Assembly (NCBI RefSeq): GCF_018977255.1
Contig: NW_024704742.1
Coordinates: 1-64,000, forward strand
Direction: 5' to 3'
Source of the DNA: Callorhinchus milii
Lineage: Eukaryota
Length of the DNA stretch: 64,000 bases
The translations under genes were made by a program, and so were the position numbers. Below, piece by piece: positions 12,520-25,353 of the stretch (positions within the stretch are counted from its first letter, which is position 1; every line of letters begins with the position of its first letter). The notes below the pieces were generated by a model. It was not told the origin of the DNA, searched no databases, and saw only the letters and a program-made list of their open reading frames with translations.

Positions 12520-15500
12520 AAGGTGTGAGAAAGAAGGAGAACGATTGCAACAGAGAGAAGGTGTAATAGACAGAGGGTGTGATGGACAAAAGGAGAAAGG
12601 TTGTGATAGAGAGATAGTGTGTTAGAAAGATTGGAATAGAGAGAGAAAGTGTGAAAGAGAGAAGCAGAAACTTTGCGATAGAGAGAGAAAGTGTGTTAGA
12701 AAGATTGGAATAGAGAGACAAAATATCATAGAGAGGAGAATGATTGCAATAGAGAGAAAGTGATAGAGAGAAGAACGATTCTGTTAGGAGAAAGTGTAAT
12801 AGAGAGGAGAGAGATGGCAGTAGAGAGAAAGTCTGATAGAGAAAATGTGATTGAGAAGGAGAAAGTTTGTGACAGAGAGAAAGTGTGATAGAGAGGAGAA
12901 AGATTGTAATCAAAAGGAGAAAAATTGAAATAGAGAGAAAGTGCGGTAAGGAGCAAGATTCTGATAGAGAGAAAGAGTGATAGACAGGGAAAAGGTTGTA
13001 ATAGAGAGAGCAAGTGTGATAGAGAGAAAGCGTGTTAGAAAGAAGGAGAAAGATTCGAATAGAGAGAGACAAAGTACGATAGAGAGCAGAAAGATTGCAT
13101 TAGACAGTGCGATAGAAAAAAAATAATTGTGATAGAGGGAGAGAAAGTGTGAAAGGGAAAATGAGAAAGGTTGCAACAGATACAGAGCAATTGTGACAGA
13201 GAGAAGGAAACAGTTTGCAAAAAAAGGAAATGTGAGAGAGGAGGAAAATCGGGATACAGAAGGAGAAAGATTTTGCGATAGAGAGAAAGTGTGAAAGAGA
13301 GAAGGAAAGATTGCAATAGAAAGTGTGACACAGAAGGAGAATGATTGCAATAGAGAGAAAATGTGATAGAGAAATAGAACGAATTCGATTGAGAGAGAAA
13401 TTGTGTCAGAAAGGAGAAAGATTGTGGTAGAGAGAGAGAAAGTATAATGGAGAGAAGCAGAAAAATTGCAATAAAGAAGAAATGTGAGAGAGAGGAGGAA
13501 AATTGGGCAACAGAAGGAGAGCGATAGAGAGAGAAAGTGTGTTAGAAGGATTGGAATAGAGACAGAGTGTGATATAGATAAGATTGCAATAGAGAAGAGA
13601 GTGTGATAGAGAGCAGAAAGATTGCAATAAAGACAAAGTGTGATAAGTAGAGAAAGTGTGTTAGAAAGGAGAAACATTGCAATGCAGAGAGAGAAAGTGT
13701 GAAAGAGGGGAGAAAGATCGCGATAGAGAGAAAGTGTGATAGAGAGGGAAAAGGTTGTAATAGAGAGGACAAAGATTCTGATAGAGAGGACAGTGATCGC
13801 AATAGAGAGGAGAAAGATTGCAATAGACAGGAACAGTGATAGAGGGGAGAAAGTTTGTAATAGAGAGTGTGGTAAGGAGAAAGATTCTGATAGAGGGAAA
13901 AGGTTGTAATAGAGAGAGCAAGTGTGATAGAGAGAAAGTGTGTTAGAAAGAAGGAGAAACATTGCGATGGTGAGAATGAGAAATATTGTGATAGACAGAA
14001 AGTGAGACAGAGACGGAAAAGGTTGTAATAGAGAAGGTGAAAGATTCTGATAGGAGTGAGAGAGGACAACGTTTGTGATACAGAGAGACAAAGTATGATG
14101 GAGAGAAGGAGAAAGATTGCATTAGAGAGTGAAAGTGTGATAGAGAGGAGAAAGATTGTGATAGAGAAAAGGAGAAAGATTGCGATAGAGAGAAAGTGTA
14201 AAAGAGAGATTCTGATAGAAAGAGTGACAGAGAGGGAAAAGTTTGTAATAGAGAGAGCAAGTGTGACAGAGAGGAGAAATGTTCTAATAGAGAGAATGTG
14301 TGACAGAGATGGAAAAGGTTGTAATAGAGAGGAAAAAGATTCTGATAGAAAGAGTGAAAGAGAGGAGAGAGATTAAAGTAGAAAGTGTGATAGAGAAGAG
14401 AAAGTTTGCAATAGAGAGAAAGTGTGACAGAGAGGAGAAAGATTGCAACAGAGACAAAGTGTGATAGAGAGAAGATTGTAATAGATAGAAAGCGTAAAAG
14501 ATTCTGATAGAAAGAGTGATAGATTGGAGAGATTAAAATAGAGAGAAAGTGTGATAGAGAAGAGAAAGTTTGGAATAGAGGGAAAGTGAAAGAAACACGA
14601 AAGATTATGATACACAGAAAGTGCGACAGAGATGGAAAAGGTTGTAATAGAGAGAAGGCGAAAGATTCTGATAGGAGTGAGAGAGAGGGCAACGCTTGGA
14701 ATAGAGAGAGACAAAGTATGATGGAGAGGAGAAAGATTGCACAAGAGAGAAAGTGTGATAGAGAGAGGAAAGATCGCGATAGATAGAAAGTATGAGAGAG
14801 ATTGCAATAGAGAGAAAGTGTGATAGAGAGGACAAAGATTGCAACAGAGAAAAGTGTGATAGAGAGGAGAAAGATTGCGGTAGAGAGAAAGTGTGACAGA
14901 GGAGAAAGATTGCAACAGAGAAAAAGTGTGATAGAGAGGAGAAAGATTCTGATAGAAAGTGACAGAGATGGAAAAGGTTGTAATAGAGAGGAGAAAGATT
15001 CTGATAGAAATAGTCATAGAGAGGGCAAAGATTTAAGAGAGAGAACGTGTGATAGAGAGGAGAAATATTCTAATGGAGAGAGAAAGTGTATCAGAAAGAA
15101 AGATAATTTTAATAGAGAGACAACGTACGATAGAGAGGATAAACTTTGCAATAGAGAGACAGTTTGATAGAGAGATGGAGAGAAATTCTGATAGAGAGAA
15201 AGTGTGTTAGAATGAAGGAAAAAGACAAACTGTGAAAGAGAGGCAGAAAGATTGTGTTAGAGCGAAAGTGTGATAGAGAGGAGAAACATTACAATAGAGG
15301 AGAAAGATGCGATAAAGTGTGTTAGAAAGATTGGAGAAGAGAGAGAAAGTATGATACAGAGAAGGAAAAAGATTGCAATAGAGAGAAAGTGTGATACAGA
15401 GAAGGAAAGATTGCAATAGAAAGTGTGATACAGAGAAGGAGAAAGATTGCAATGGAGAGAAAGTGTAATAGAGGAGAAAGATTCTAATAGAGAGGGAAAA

Positions 15501-15563
15501 GTTTGTAAGAGAAAGTGTGACAGAAAAGAGGAGAATGATTGTAATAGAGAGTGCGATAGAGAG
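12520..15563. repeat. Purine-rich (GA) scrambled satellite block 2
   Basis: Same motif vocabulary and strand polarity as block 1. Confidence 0.93.
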
Positions 15564-15804
15564 AACCCTGGTCCAGACTGGCCAAGAGTGGTCACAATCT
15601 ACAAGGTCTCCAAAGTTCATTGACATATGGAAATCCAGCTCTCATGTGGTACGAACGAACATTAGCCCAGCGTTCAAGATCAACACAAACCTGCACTGGT
15701 TCCAGGACAACAACAAAATTACATTTATAGAATGCCTTTCATGTCAAGGATGTCCACTAACAACCTCTGACTCAAGTGGAAACAGTAAACTAAAGAAAGA
15801 AGAG

Positions 15805-16810
15805 CAAAGATTAGAAAACAAAGTGATATCAATTTCTCCAGAAAGAAATTTTTTTTAGGAAATAAACAAAAAAAACGAGAAAAACACCATTGGGCCATAT
15901 GGGCAAATGAGGATAGTTATCTTAAGTGTCTATCCACAAGTTCATAGCATAAAAAATAAAACATGTTAGAAACACAAATTCAGCTGAAAGGGTCTGATGT
16001 AGTAGCCATTACAGAGACCTGGCTACAAGCCGGGCATTAGTGGGAGCTAAATATTCCAGGCTGTAAGATCTTTAGAAAGGACAGGAAAATTGGGAAAGGA
16101 GGAAGAGCAATATGGATAACACTCAAGTACAGCAGTAGATAGAAAGGACTTTAGTAAAGTGATCAGGCTGTGGAAACACTATGGGTAGAATTAAGGAACA
16201 GCAAAGCAGGCTCTGGTGGGAGTTGTCTCCAGACTCCAGATAGGAACAAAATAATAGCAATTGTTTTTGAGACACATTATACAATAAAAGGAAAAGCCAA
16301 ACTGGCTAAGGGTTAGTCACAATTTACATCAAGGACAGGTGGACAGTGATAATGTCTCTGAAGCTCACAGGAGACAACACCCAAGGTTTGGACACTTTCC
16401 CTTCACCACTTTAAGGAGAATCAACATTACAGGTAGTTTACAGTCCACCTGAAGGTTCTCACAAATACAGACTTACCTTATATAGTCCATAGAGAGACCA
16501 TCCCGAGCCAATCCACCACACACAAACTGACCATTTCACTGCTCTGAACCACAAGCCTCCAGCAACTCATCTGCTTTCTCTGAGCTGATGAGGTGACTCC
16601 TTCCTCCGACGGTTGGGCTGTTACTGCGCTCAGCCTCTGGGTTAAATACCCAAAGGTCAGTTCTATCATGTGGCCAATAAAGGAATCCCATTCCTCACAA
16701 GGTCCAGTTGATCTACTCTTCACAGCTGTAACCAGTATCAGCACATGGGTTTCTTTGCTATTGACTGGTTCACAGACTTCACATGGTTTTATATTGATTA
16801 GTTTACAATA
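15805..16810 (+). repeat. ~1 kb direct repeat copy B (paralog of 11455-12450), with CR1 endonuclease fragment (~15970-16240)
   Basis: gatgtagtagccattacagagacctggctacaagcc..ctaaatattccaggctgtaagatc, followed by colinear similarity to copy A. Confidence 0.85.
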
Positions 16811-18879
16811 ATCACACAATTTTCTATTGATTCGTTTAGCGAATCAGCTGCTGGTTCAGAGATTTACCGATTCAGTTTTCTTGCTTATGTTTTGTTTTGC
16901 CTGCAAAACACAAACAGTCACCACACTTTACAGCATGTCCTCTGAAACGCTTTGAGATATCTCAATGACGTGATCAGGCTCTGGGTCAAACGCCACGATT
17001 ATTATTATGATTTGAACCCCAACCCTTATCACAGCTGTTGGTCAAAGCCACTCGGTTCAGCTTCTGCCTCCGTTTAAATAAACAGCTGGTTTCCAATAAC
17101 ATTCCTGGTTTGGGGCAGAATCATAGAATTATACAGCACAGGAGGCTGCCATTCAAGCCAAATAGGCCAACCCCATTCTCTCCCCATAGCACCCCCAAAA
17201 AGAAACCAACTCTCGGTCCTGAATCAACACAACTGAAGCTTCAAGTATCTACATGTTTATATGTTGAACCAGGTTGGGCAGATGATTTTTTCACCTGTTT
17301 CAGCACATCCGGTAGAAAAGGTACCTTTCTATACCTGCACCATAGCCCAGACTGTCTGGTGGCCAATCATGTCATTGATATTACCTGCTGAGTGCCTGAT
17401 TTACAGGTTAACCCTTTCCTACACTAACAGGATGCTACACCGGGGGTTGTGTGTGTGGCTGTGTGTATGGCTCAGGTCAGCTCCTCCACACCTCAGGCAC
17501 TGACAGCATCACCATTCAGGGATGCACACTCCACCTCACTGAGCCGGTCCAGAACCTTGGCGTCTTGTTTAACCCGCAACTGTCCTTTCGACCCCACATC
17601 CGTGCATGTTCCATGCGTGTGACAAGCCTCCAAACATAGTCTCCCCCCTGGACACAGGTCCCACACACACAGACCCCGAACCACATAAACATGTTCTGAC
17701 TCCAAATCAATGAGTTTAAACTGGTCTGGACAGAAGCAGACAGTCGGTTCGTATCCCACATCTCAATATAATCAATGTTTCACACAGCATTGACGAGCCG
17801 GGCTCAGCTGCAAGAGCTACAACCTAGAAAATAATAATAAACTTTGAAATGTAATGAGTAACAATAATCTGCAATTATATAGCGCCCCTCGCGCAGGGCA
17901 GAGTCCTAGAGCGCTTGGTGGAACAAAATAAAGTGCAGCACCGCCCGCCATCACTGCAGAGTGGATTATTCACTGAGAAGCTGTTTGTAGGATGTGGTGT
18001 GAATCAGCTGCTAAAAAACACAAATAACTGCACCCTAAGTTACAGAAAAGTGTGTGTGTGCGTGGGGGGGTGCTGTGCTCTGCATGTGTGTAACAACCAA
18101 CTATCTTTCTGCCTCAACCCCAGGACCACTGCTTTCCTGACAGAATGATTGTGCTCTGGGCCTCGCTGGTGCACTTGCTGATTGTTTCCTCATGTGTGTG
18201 AGCTGCTGTTAGATGTGTTGCTACAGAAGATGACAATGAAGAATCCTTTGTGAGATTTATTAAGCAAAATGAAGAGTTTTCATGAGAGTAAAGCCACCAG
18301 TAGACAATTGGAAGCGCGTTTGAGCAATAATTAGTGTGAGCTCTGGGCCTGAGGTAAGTCTCACCACTTCAGTCTGATCCCATCACCAATTAAACATTTT
18401 CACTTTCAATACCACCAGGATTAAAATCACACAAGTGCCACTGGAGTCTCGGCAGAATTAGGAAGAGATCCTAGAGAAAAAGTCCACATAGAGGAAAGAA
18501 ATTTAATCTCCTGGATTTACAACTAAAGTAGGCGGTGATGGTATCTGGTTCTGTCTGTTTCAGAAATAGTGTGCTCACTGCTCACTGGTGATTGTTTCTT
18601 CGGACTTTGTGCTTGATGACTCTGGAATTTCTATGCACAAAGTAACAAAAGTATTTAAACCTGCAAAAGATCGAGACAATAGGGTTAAGGGCTTTAATTC
18701 CTAATACTACAATCCTCTTTGCATCTGATCCAGTGACTTTGTCTCAAAGTATTTCACAGGAAATTGCTACCAAGTGTAGTAACAGTGTATTTGGAGAAAA
18801 GCCCGATGTTGCAGAGGAAGCTTTGTGTGGAGAGCAGCCGGATCGGTATGAGTTGAGATGGCACAGGTGGGAGGGGACA

Positions 18880-19620
18880 AGATAGTGCCTCCACACCTCA
18901 GGCATTGGCAGCATCCAGGGATGCACACTCTATCTCGCTGAACCAGTCCGGAACTCTCCCATCTTGTTTGACCCTTGTCAAATTGTCCTTTCTACCCCTC
19001 ATCCATGCCGTGACCCGCTCTGCCTTCCCCATCTCCACAACATCGCACGGTTCCTCCAACATCTCTCCCATCAGGCTGCTGAAACCTTCATCCATCCATT
19101 CACCACATATTTGGGTGTCATCTGCATATATATGGAAGATAACCCCATGTCTGTAGAAGACATCACCGAGCGGGAGCATGTAGATATTAAAGAGGACTGA
19201 GGACAGAGCCCTGAAGTAACTGTGAAAGGGTAGGCAAAGTTGGGATGTGTAAGCGTGAAACCAGGAGAGGACCAAACTGTGAAGGTGGAGTTGAGAGGTG
19301 AGGTGGTGTAAAAGGATAGTGGTTGACAACATTGAAGCCTGGAGAGAGATCAAGGAGTACAAGAAGATACAGAGAGCCCTGGTTACAGATAAGAATGAGG
19401 AGAGAATGTTGTTGGCAGGTTAGAGGTGGGATGGTAATTAAGGAAGGGATTTTTGTGAAGAGGGGGTGACAGCAGATTCAAATGAAGTGGGAACTGCACA
19501 AGTGGACATGGAGAGATTGATAACATCTGTTAGCAGACGGCAAGGCAATAGAGCTGGGAGATCAGGAGAGGAGGCGGGTGGGTATGAGGGAGCAAGCACC
19601 GAGCAGGATTCATGTGGGAA
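18880..19620. mobile_element. Degraded L2 LINE fragments (+ strand ~18880-19105, - strand ~19105-19620)
   Basis: Minus frame LFNIYMLPLGDVFYRHGVIFHIYADDTQI is the RT YADD motif. The plus piece resembles the L2 RT C-terminal region. Confidence 0.8.
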
Positions 19621-19892
19621 GAAAATAGGAACAATACAAGAATCCTTAATTTTGATACAACAGCAAACCACCCGATACTAATCAATGTCTAATATCCAAC
19701 CAGCAGCCATGAGGTCAATTTTTTATGTACTTATGTTTTTATGTCTCCTCCTTCCAGGACACAGTTTTCATTAAGCACCAGCTTCTAATAAGCAACTTTG
19801 ACAGAAATCTGTCCTTTACAGAATGATTTATTGGATTTAAGCCCCTCGCTTTATTGATTTTTTTGCGGCTAACAATTCATTTAACTAATTAC

Positions 19893-19938
19893 CTTCAGTA
19901 GCAGCAGGTTTAGATATGGTCTTTGACGTCTTTGCTTT
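19893..19938 (-). CDS. RTF2: RTF2-like internal exon (KAKTSKTISKPAATE, phase 0->1), orphan fragment
   Basis: cctgttttgcag|AAA GCA AAG ... GAA G|gtaatt, 46 nt. Resembles RTF2 KTKKPKAAESVSKPDVSE (recalled human sequence) and follows the 22173-22286 exon in phase. Confidence 0.7.
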
Positions 19939-20159
19939 CTGCAAAACAGGAAAATAATGAATATGTGAATAATATGCAGCCACAATCTGCAACCTGGGGT
20001 GAGAAATAAGAAAATAAGAATTTGCTAGGCAAAAAAAAACCAAGATCCATCTATGTCGCCTTCCACCATCCTGGCAGTCACTTGACATCTTGTGTCCTAA
20101 ATTATATACGGTATTCTGACAGGTCTTAGATTTCAAAAATTGAAAACATCCGTATGGCT

Positions 20160-21675
20160 GCATCCTCCTTCCACCCCAACAATGTCCCCTTCCACCTCAA
20201 CCAGATCATCCACACCGCCTTCTCCCTCCGCCACGGCTCCTGCCACTCCTAAACCCCCATTTCTCCCTCCTCCCTCTCAACTACAATCACCCACATAAAA
20301 CACTGGAACACATTGTTGCAGTGAACTTTGATCACACCTCTCCCTCCACTTCCTCCTCGAGCCCCTCCAGTCTGATTTTTGTCCTGACTGCCCATAGCAC
20401 AGAGATAGTGCCTATCAAAGTCACAAACGACTTCCCATCCTCTCTATCTGTGATCAGGGTTCCTCTGCCTCCTCGTCCTCCTGGATCTCTCTCTTTGACA
20501 CAGTTGACCACACCATCCTCCTCTACCGCCTCTCCTCCCTCATCCACCTTAGTGTACCATGCTCCCATGGCTTGATTCCTACTTAACCATCCGTCTCCAT
20601 TTCATTTCGGCAAATGGTTTCTCCACCCGGTCACTTGCGGGATACACCAGGGCTCCATTCTTAGCCCCCTTCTTTTCCTAATCTATCTGCTCCCTCTGGG
20701 TGATGTCACCTGCAGACACGGGGTAAACTTCCACATGTATGCGGAGGGCACACAAATCTACTTTTCCTCCTCCAGTATCGACTCCAGATCCGCTGATGTG
20801 CTATCAGCTTGTCTGGCAAACATCAGGGCCTGGATGAGTGCAAACTTCCTGCAGCTGAATGTGGACAAGACGGAAGCCATACTCCTCGGCCCCTGTCAAA
20901 GTCTTTATTCCTACAGATCTAAACTCCTCAACCTCTCTGGACTCTCCCTCAGACTCATCGAACCGTGCGCAATCCATGCCTCTGGTTCGAACCCCAGCTG
21001 TCCTTCCTTGCCCACATCTAGTCCCTGACCAGGACCGCCTTCCTCCACCTCCACCACATTACCCGTCTCCGACCGTACATTACCCCAAATGCAGCCAAAA
21101 CCCTCGTGCATGCGTTTGTCACCTCCGGCCTGGATTACTCCAACGCACTTCTCGCCGGTCTCCCAGCTCCACCATTCACAAGATCAGCTCGTGCAAAACT
21201 CTGCCGCCCGCATACTGACCCTGACCAAACTCCGTCCCCATATCTCACCAGTTCTGGCCCAGGCTCCACTAGCTCCCCATCACCGTACGGATTGACTTCA
21301 AGATCTTCACTCTCGTGTTCAAATTGCTCCACTCTCTGGCACCTCCCTACCTCTACGACCTCTTCACTTCCTAATCCACCACCCGGCGCCTCCGCTTGAC
21401 TGGCACCGGCCTCCTGCTTGTCCCTCGCACCCTCTGCCCCACCATCGGAGGTCACGCTTTCAGCCACTACGCCCCCAAACTTTGGAACATTCTCCCTCAA
21501 TCCATCCGCCTTGCCCCTCTCTCCCCCTTTTCAAGTCCCACCTGAAAACCTTCCTTTTCGACCATGATTACGGTCACCTCCACCACCCCACACCGGAGTT
21601 CAGCTCCGCCATTGTTAAGCGCTGTGAGATGCTGCCCTGTATGGAGGGCGCTATACAAGTACAAGTTGTTGTTGT
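20160..21675 (+). mobile_element. L2-clade LINE, 5'-truncated, degenerate RT and 3' end
   Basis: QGSILSPLLFLIYLLPLGDV..HGVNFHMYAEGTQIYF..WMSANFLQLNVDKTE; HAFVTSGLDYSNALLAG; LVQNSAARILT; ends gcgctatacaagtacaa(gtt)n. Confidence 0.92.
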
Positions 21676-22172
21676 TTGAATTATGGAAGTGCCCCGAGGG
21701 TTTGGGACGATCGTTTTTGGTCTTGTGCATATTATTAGGATTCAGTTGATTTATACTCCTTGAATCTTAACCTTTTGCCCAAGTTCAAAGTGAAGGGACA
21801 ATATATATATATCTCTTCACAAACACACAAACACAGTAAAACTCACACAAGTCTGATCTTTATAAATCGTGTAAACGACCAAAACGTACATTCACTCACC
21901 AGAGTTCCATTCAGTTTCTTATCAAAACCACTTGGTTGTATTAATCACCTCCTAACTTGGAACTCCGTGTCCCTACCCTCTATTCCTTCTACACTTAGCG
22001 GCTGCATTGAATTACTCATGCACAGTATAGATTATTGATTAAATTAGGTTTTATACTATTTATACAGTTTGCCTGGAAATCGGACGTCAGTTAAGTTATC
22101 TAAATGACTTTGGGTCCCAAAATGTTTGGGTCCCAAATTATACACCTTGTGTGAAGTTTACTGCGCAGTTAC

Positions 22173-22286
22173 CCTCTCCAGCTTGGCTTTCAATTTCCGT
22201 TCCTCCACTCTTCTCTTAAGAATTTCCATTTCTTCTTTACTCCCATTCAGGAAAATCACATCATCTCTTTGGAAGGGTTCTCTGCA
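22173..22286 (-). CDS. RTF2: RTF2 (replication termination factor 2)-like internal exon CREPFQRDDVIFLNGSKEEMEILKRRVEERKLKAKLER, orphan fragment
   Basis: tttgtctgcag|TGC ... AGG|gtaact, 114 nt, phase 0-0. Matches recalled human RTF2 CGAAFQEDDVIVLNGTKEDVDVLKTRMEERRLRAKLEK. Confidence 0.88.
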
Positions 22287-22736
22287 CTGCAGACAAAGAG
22301 AAAATAATTAAAATTTACCAAATTAAGACTGACTAATCCAGAAAATTCCACATCATGTGGACTAATAAACAGACATTTTCAACAGTTCACTCTAAGATCT
22401 TCATATTCTACAGAGAAAGCTAATAAATATGACCATTGTTTATCCAACTCAAGTTCTATTAACAATAATCTATGCATTTGATATATCACATTATGATGTC
22501 AGAACATCTCAAAGTGCGTCACGGGGTTTATTATAAAGCGTAGTGACTGACTATTGGGGGCAAACACAGCAGCCAATTTGACCGCAGCAATATCCCACAC
22601 ACAACCAAGAAGTGAGTGACCAATTTTATTTGGGGGATTGTTGGCCAGGACACAATTTCTTCCTTCTTGCTTTTGCTTTCAGTTTGCTTATGAAAGACAG
22701 GTATGTATACCTGTATACAGTATTTTCCAATGAATG

Positions 22737-23100
22737 GAGTCCTGTAGCTCAGTGGTTAGAGCACTCACAAGCGAGAGACCCGGGTTCGATTCCCCCGGCA
22801 GGGCAAAATGTTTGGTAGGTTTCCTTGCTCCACGCTTCTGTTTACCGAGCAGTAAGTTGGAACCTGGTTGTAGTCGAGTAGCGGATCGCTTTTCGGGGGT
22901 TAATAATTCCTTCAAAAATAAATAATAAATTGGTCACTCAATCAACAACTGTTTGTGGTACACTGATGTGTGCAATTAGCTATCGTATTTCGCCCACAAA
23001 ATGTACAATTAATTCACTTTACTGTATATTCTGTGAAACGCTTCGAGATGTCTCGAAGACGTGATAAGGCGCTATATCAAATGCAAGGATTATTATTATA
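22737..23100 (+). mobile_element. tRNA-derived SINE (longer, older subfamily), antisense in the TPX2 3' region
   Basis: ggagtcctgtagctcagtggttagagcactc..gggttcgattccc, Deu core, and aaatgcaaggattattatt tail. Confidence 0.9.
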
Positions 23101-23205
23101 AATATTAAAACAGGTTAAAGTAGAGCTTATGGTACTTGTCAAAGAAATTGTGACAGTTTCAAATACTTGAGTTTCCAGATAAGAACAGAAAGACAAACAG
23201 GCGCG

Positions 23206-23316
23206 TTACAGACGAAACCTATCGGAAACGTTTGGGGTGGTTGGAACGGTAAGCTGTTGCTCGCTGGGCTGAATTTCGACTTTCTTGTAATGACGGACAG
23301 AGTTTGCTTTGTGTAT
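23206..23316 (-). CDS. TPX2: TPX2 terminal exon IHKANSVRHYKKVEIQPSEQQLTVPTTPNVSDRFRL*
   Basis: tctctgcag|ATA..., stop TAA at 23208-23206, 111 nt. Homologous to the TPX2 C-terminus VHKANPIRKY..LTVPVSPKFSTRF. Confidence 0.92.
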   Translation of the reverse strand: MHKANSVRHYKKVEIQPSEQQLTVPTTPNVSDRFRL

Positions 23317-23394
23317 CTGCAGAGACACTAGTGTTAGGATTCTTTAATATTCCCAGCAATGGGAAAATTGCAAAAAGAAAAAAATCCTCACTAA

Positions 23395-24148
23395 TAATAA
23401 GCCCTGTATTCGATATAACGTTGTATGTCAGAGACATCTCAAAACACTTCAAAAAATATACTATAAAGTGAACAAACTATTTTATGGGTGAAAGACAGCA
23501 GCCAATTGCACACAGCAGTATTTTATAAATAACAGTGGATTGAGTAACCACAACAACAACAACAACAAGATTCCATTTATAGAGCGCCTTTCACATCGGG
23601 AGGATGTCCCAAGGCGCTGCACAGTTGGGTCAGGACCCGAGCAGGGGGGAAATGGTCAGGGTGGGGGGAGGGAAGGGAGGGAGCGAGGGAGGGGGTAGAG
23701 AGTCGAGAGGGGAGCTGAAGGTCAAAGAGAAAGGTCTTGAGACCGGCCTTGAAGGAGGAAAGGGAGGAAGCAAGGCGAAGCCACTGGGGGATGGAGTCCC
23801 AGAGCCTCGGGGCTGAGAGGCTGAAGGCCCGGCCACCAATGTTGGGGCGGGGGATGTGGAGCAGACCGGAGCCAGAGGAACAGAGGGTACGGGCAGGGAA
23901 GTAGGGGGATAGTAGGTCAGAGAGGTAGGAGGGAACCAAATTATTTATTAAAATAATGTTTTGAAGGGATTATTATTTACAGAAAAGCAATTCACCAATG
24001 AACTAACAACCAGGTTCCTACTTACTGCTAAGTAAACAGAGACATGTGGAGCAAGGAAACTTGCCTAATGTTTCCGCTGCTCGGGAATCAAACCCAGGTC
24101 CTCTCGCTTGCTAGGCGAGTGCTCTAACCATTAAGTTACAGGACTCCA
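23395..24148 (-). mobile_element. SINE interrupted by an L2 3' fragment (23550-23935)
   Basis: SINE tail/core at 23395-23550 and head at 24060-24148. The insert reads PSYLSDLLSPYFPARTLCSS..GGRAFS..SFKAGLKTFLFD with a (ttg)n tail; aacca flanks both sides. Confidence 0.88.
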
Positions 24149-24439
24149 CTCGTTAATACCAAACAAACCTGCCATTCAGCAAAATCCACACAGCCGCTCA
24201 ATCTCCCAGACCAAAGATTGTTAAAGATAAATTGAGCAACATTCACTTGTGATGTATTCCTCCAGCCGAGTGGAAGACCGTTCCCATTGGGAAGTCTGGG
24301 ATGCACTCAACCCAAACGTTTGTCCTCCAGCCTCAAAAGGTTGGTCCATGGAGATTTGCAGTTGTCACAATAAATTACTGATCTGGGAATTGTTACACCT
24401 ATTACTTTTAATGGGGGGCCTTCACATCCATTAACATTG

Positions 24440-25250
24440 TGGTTAGCCAGTTGCACACAGTAGTGTCCTACAAACAGCCATGAAGAGAGTGAGCAATTTT
24501 ATAATGGGAATTGTTGGTCAGGACACCGCGAGAGAGAAAAACTTCTTTCTCCTTTTTGAATAGTGCCTTGGAATCTTAAACCTGATCAGGGTTTATATCT
24601 CATCAGAAGGACGACACCTCTGACAATGCACTACCCCAGTACTATATTGGAGAATCAGCTTACAATGTGTCATTCTATATCCCAAAGTCGGACCTGAACT
24701 CACAACCTTCTGACTTGGAGGCAAGAGCAACCACTGAGCCGAGTTGATACACTGAGGGAAGATGGTCTGATCTCAGCAGAGCACACGTGAAAGAGAAGAG
24801 GCAGTCTTCAGTCAGGGTTCTGCCCAATTCTTACCCCAATAGCTCTTTCTTGAAAGTGCACGATTGCAGCAACTGTACAAAACAGATCGCTCTTCTAGAA
24901 GGTTAGAAAGCTTAGCCTCCTGCGCTACAACTGCTAATCTAGAGACTTTAAGCTCATGTTCAAATGCTGACACTCCAGTGAATTGGTGGAACGCACTACA
25001 TTGTCCTTCAGATGAGATGTTAAACCAAGGTCCCAATTTGCCTGTTTTTAGATGGATGGTAATGATGGCACGATTCAAAAAGAGAATAGTTTCTCCCAGT
25101 TGATCAATAATCCCCAAATAAAATTGGTTGTTCAGTTCATATCTGTTTGTGAGGCATTGCTGTGCACAAACTGTCTATCAAGTTCACCTGCAAAACTCTA
25201 CAGTAAATCTGTGAAGGATTTGTGATATTTGTGACATAAGCTGCAATATC
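24440..25250. mobile_element. Two old SacSINE1/Deu-like SINE relics (- strand ~24440-24750; + strand ~24950-25250)
   Basis: caggacacc..gaatagtgcc..cacctctgacaatgca..caaccttctgact, and gctgacactccagtg..agatgagatgttaaacc..tttgtgaggcattgctgtgcacaaa. Confidence 0.7.
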
Positions 25251-25353
25251 ATCAGTTGATTCTCAATGGTGAAACAAGTCTATTTGAGTATACAATATTG
25301 GTCCTGGCTTGGTCACCCTCATTCCTCTTTGCCCTTTAAGTCCAACAACTTAC

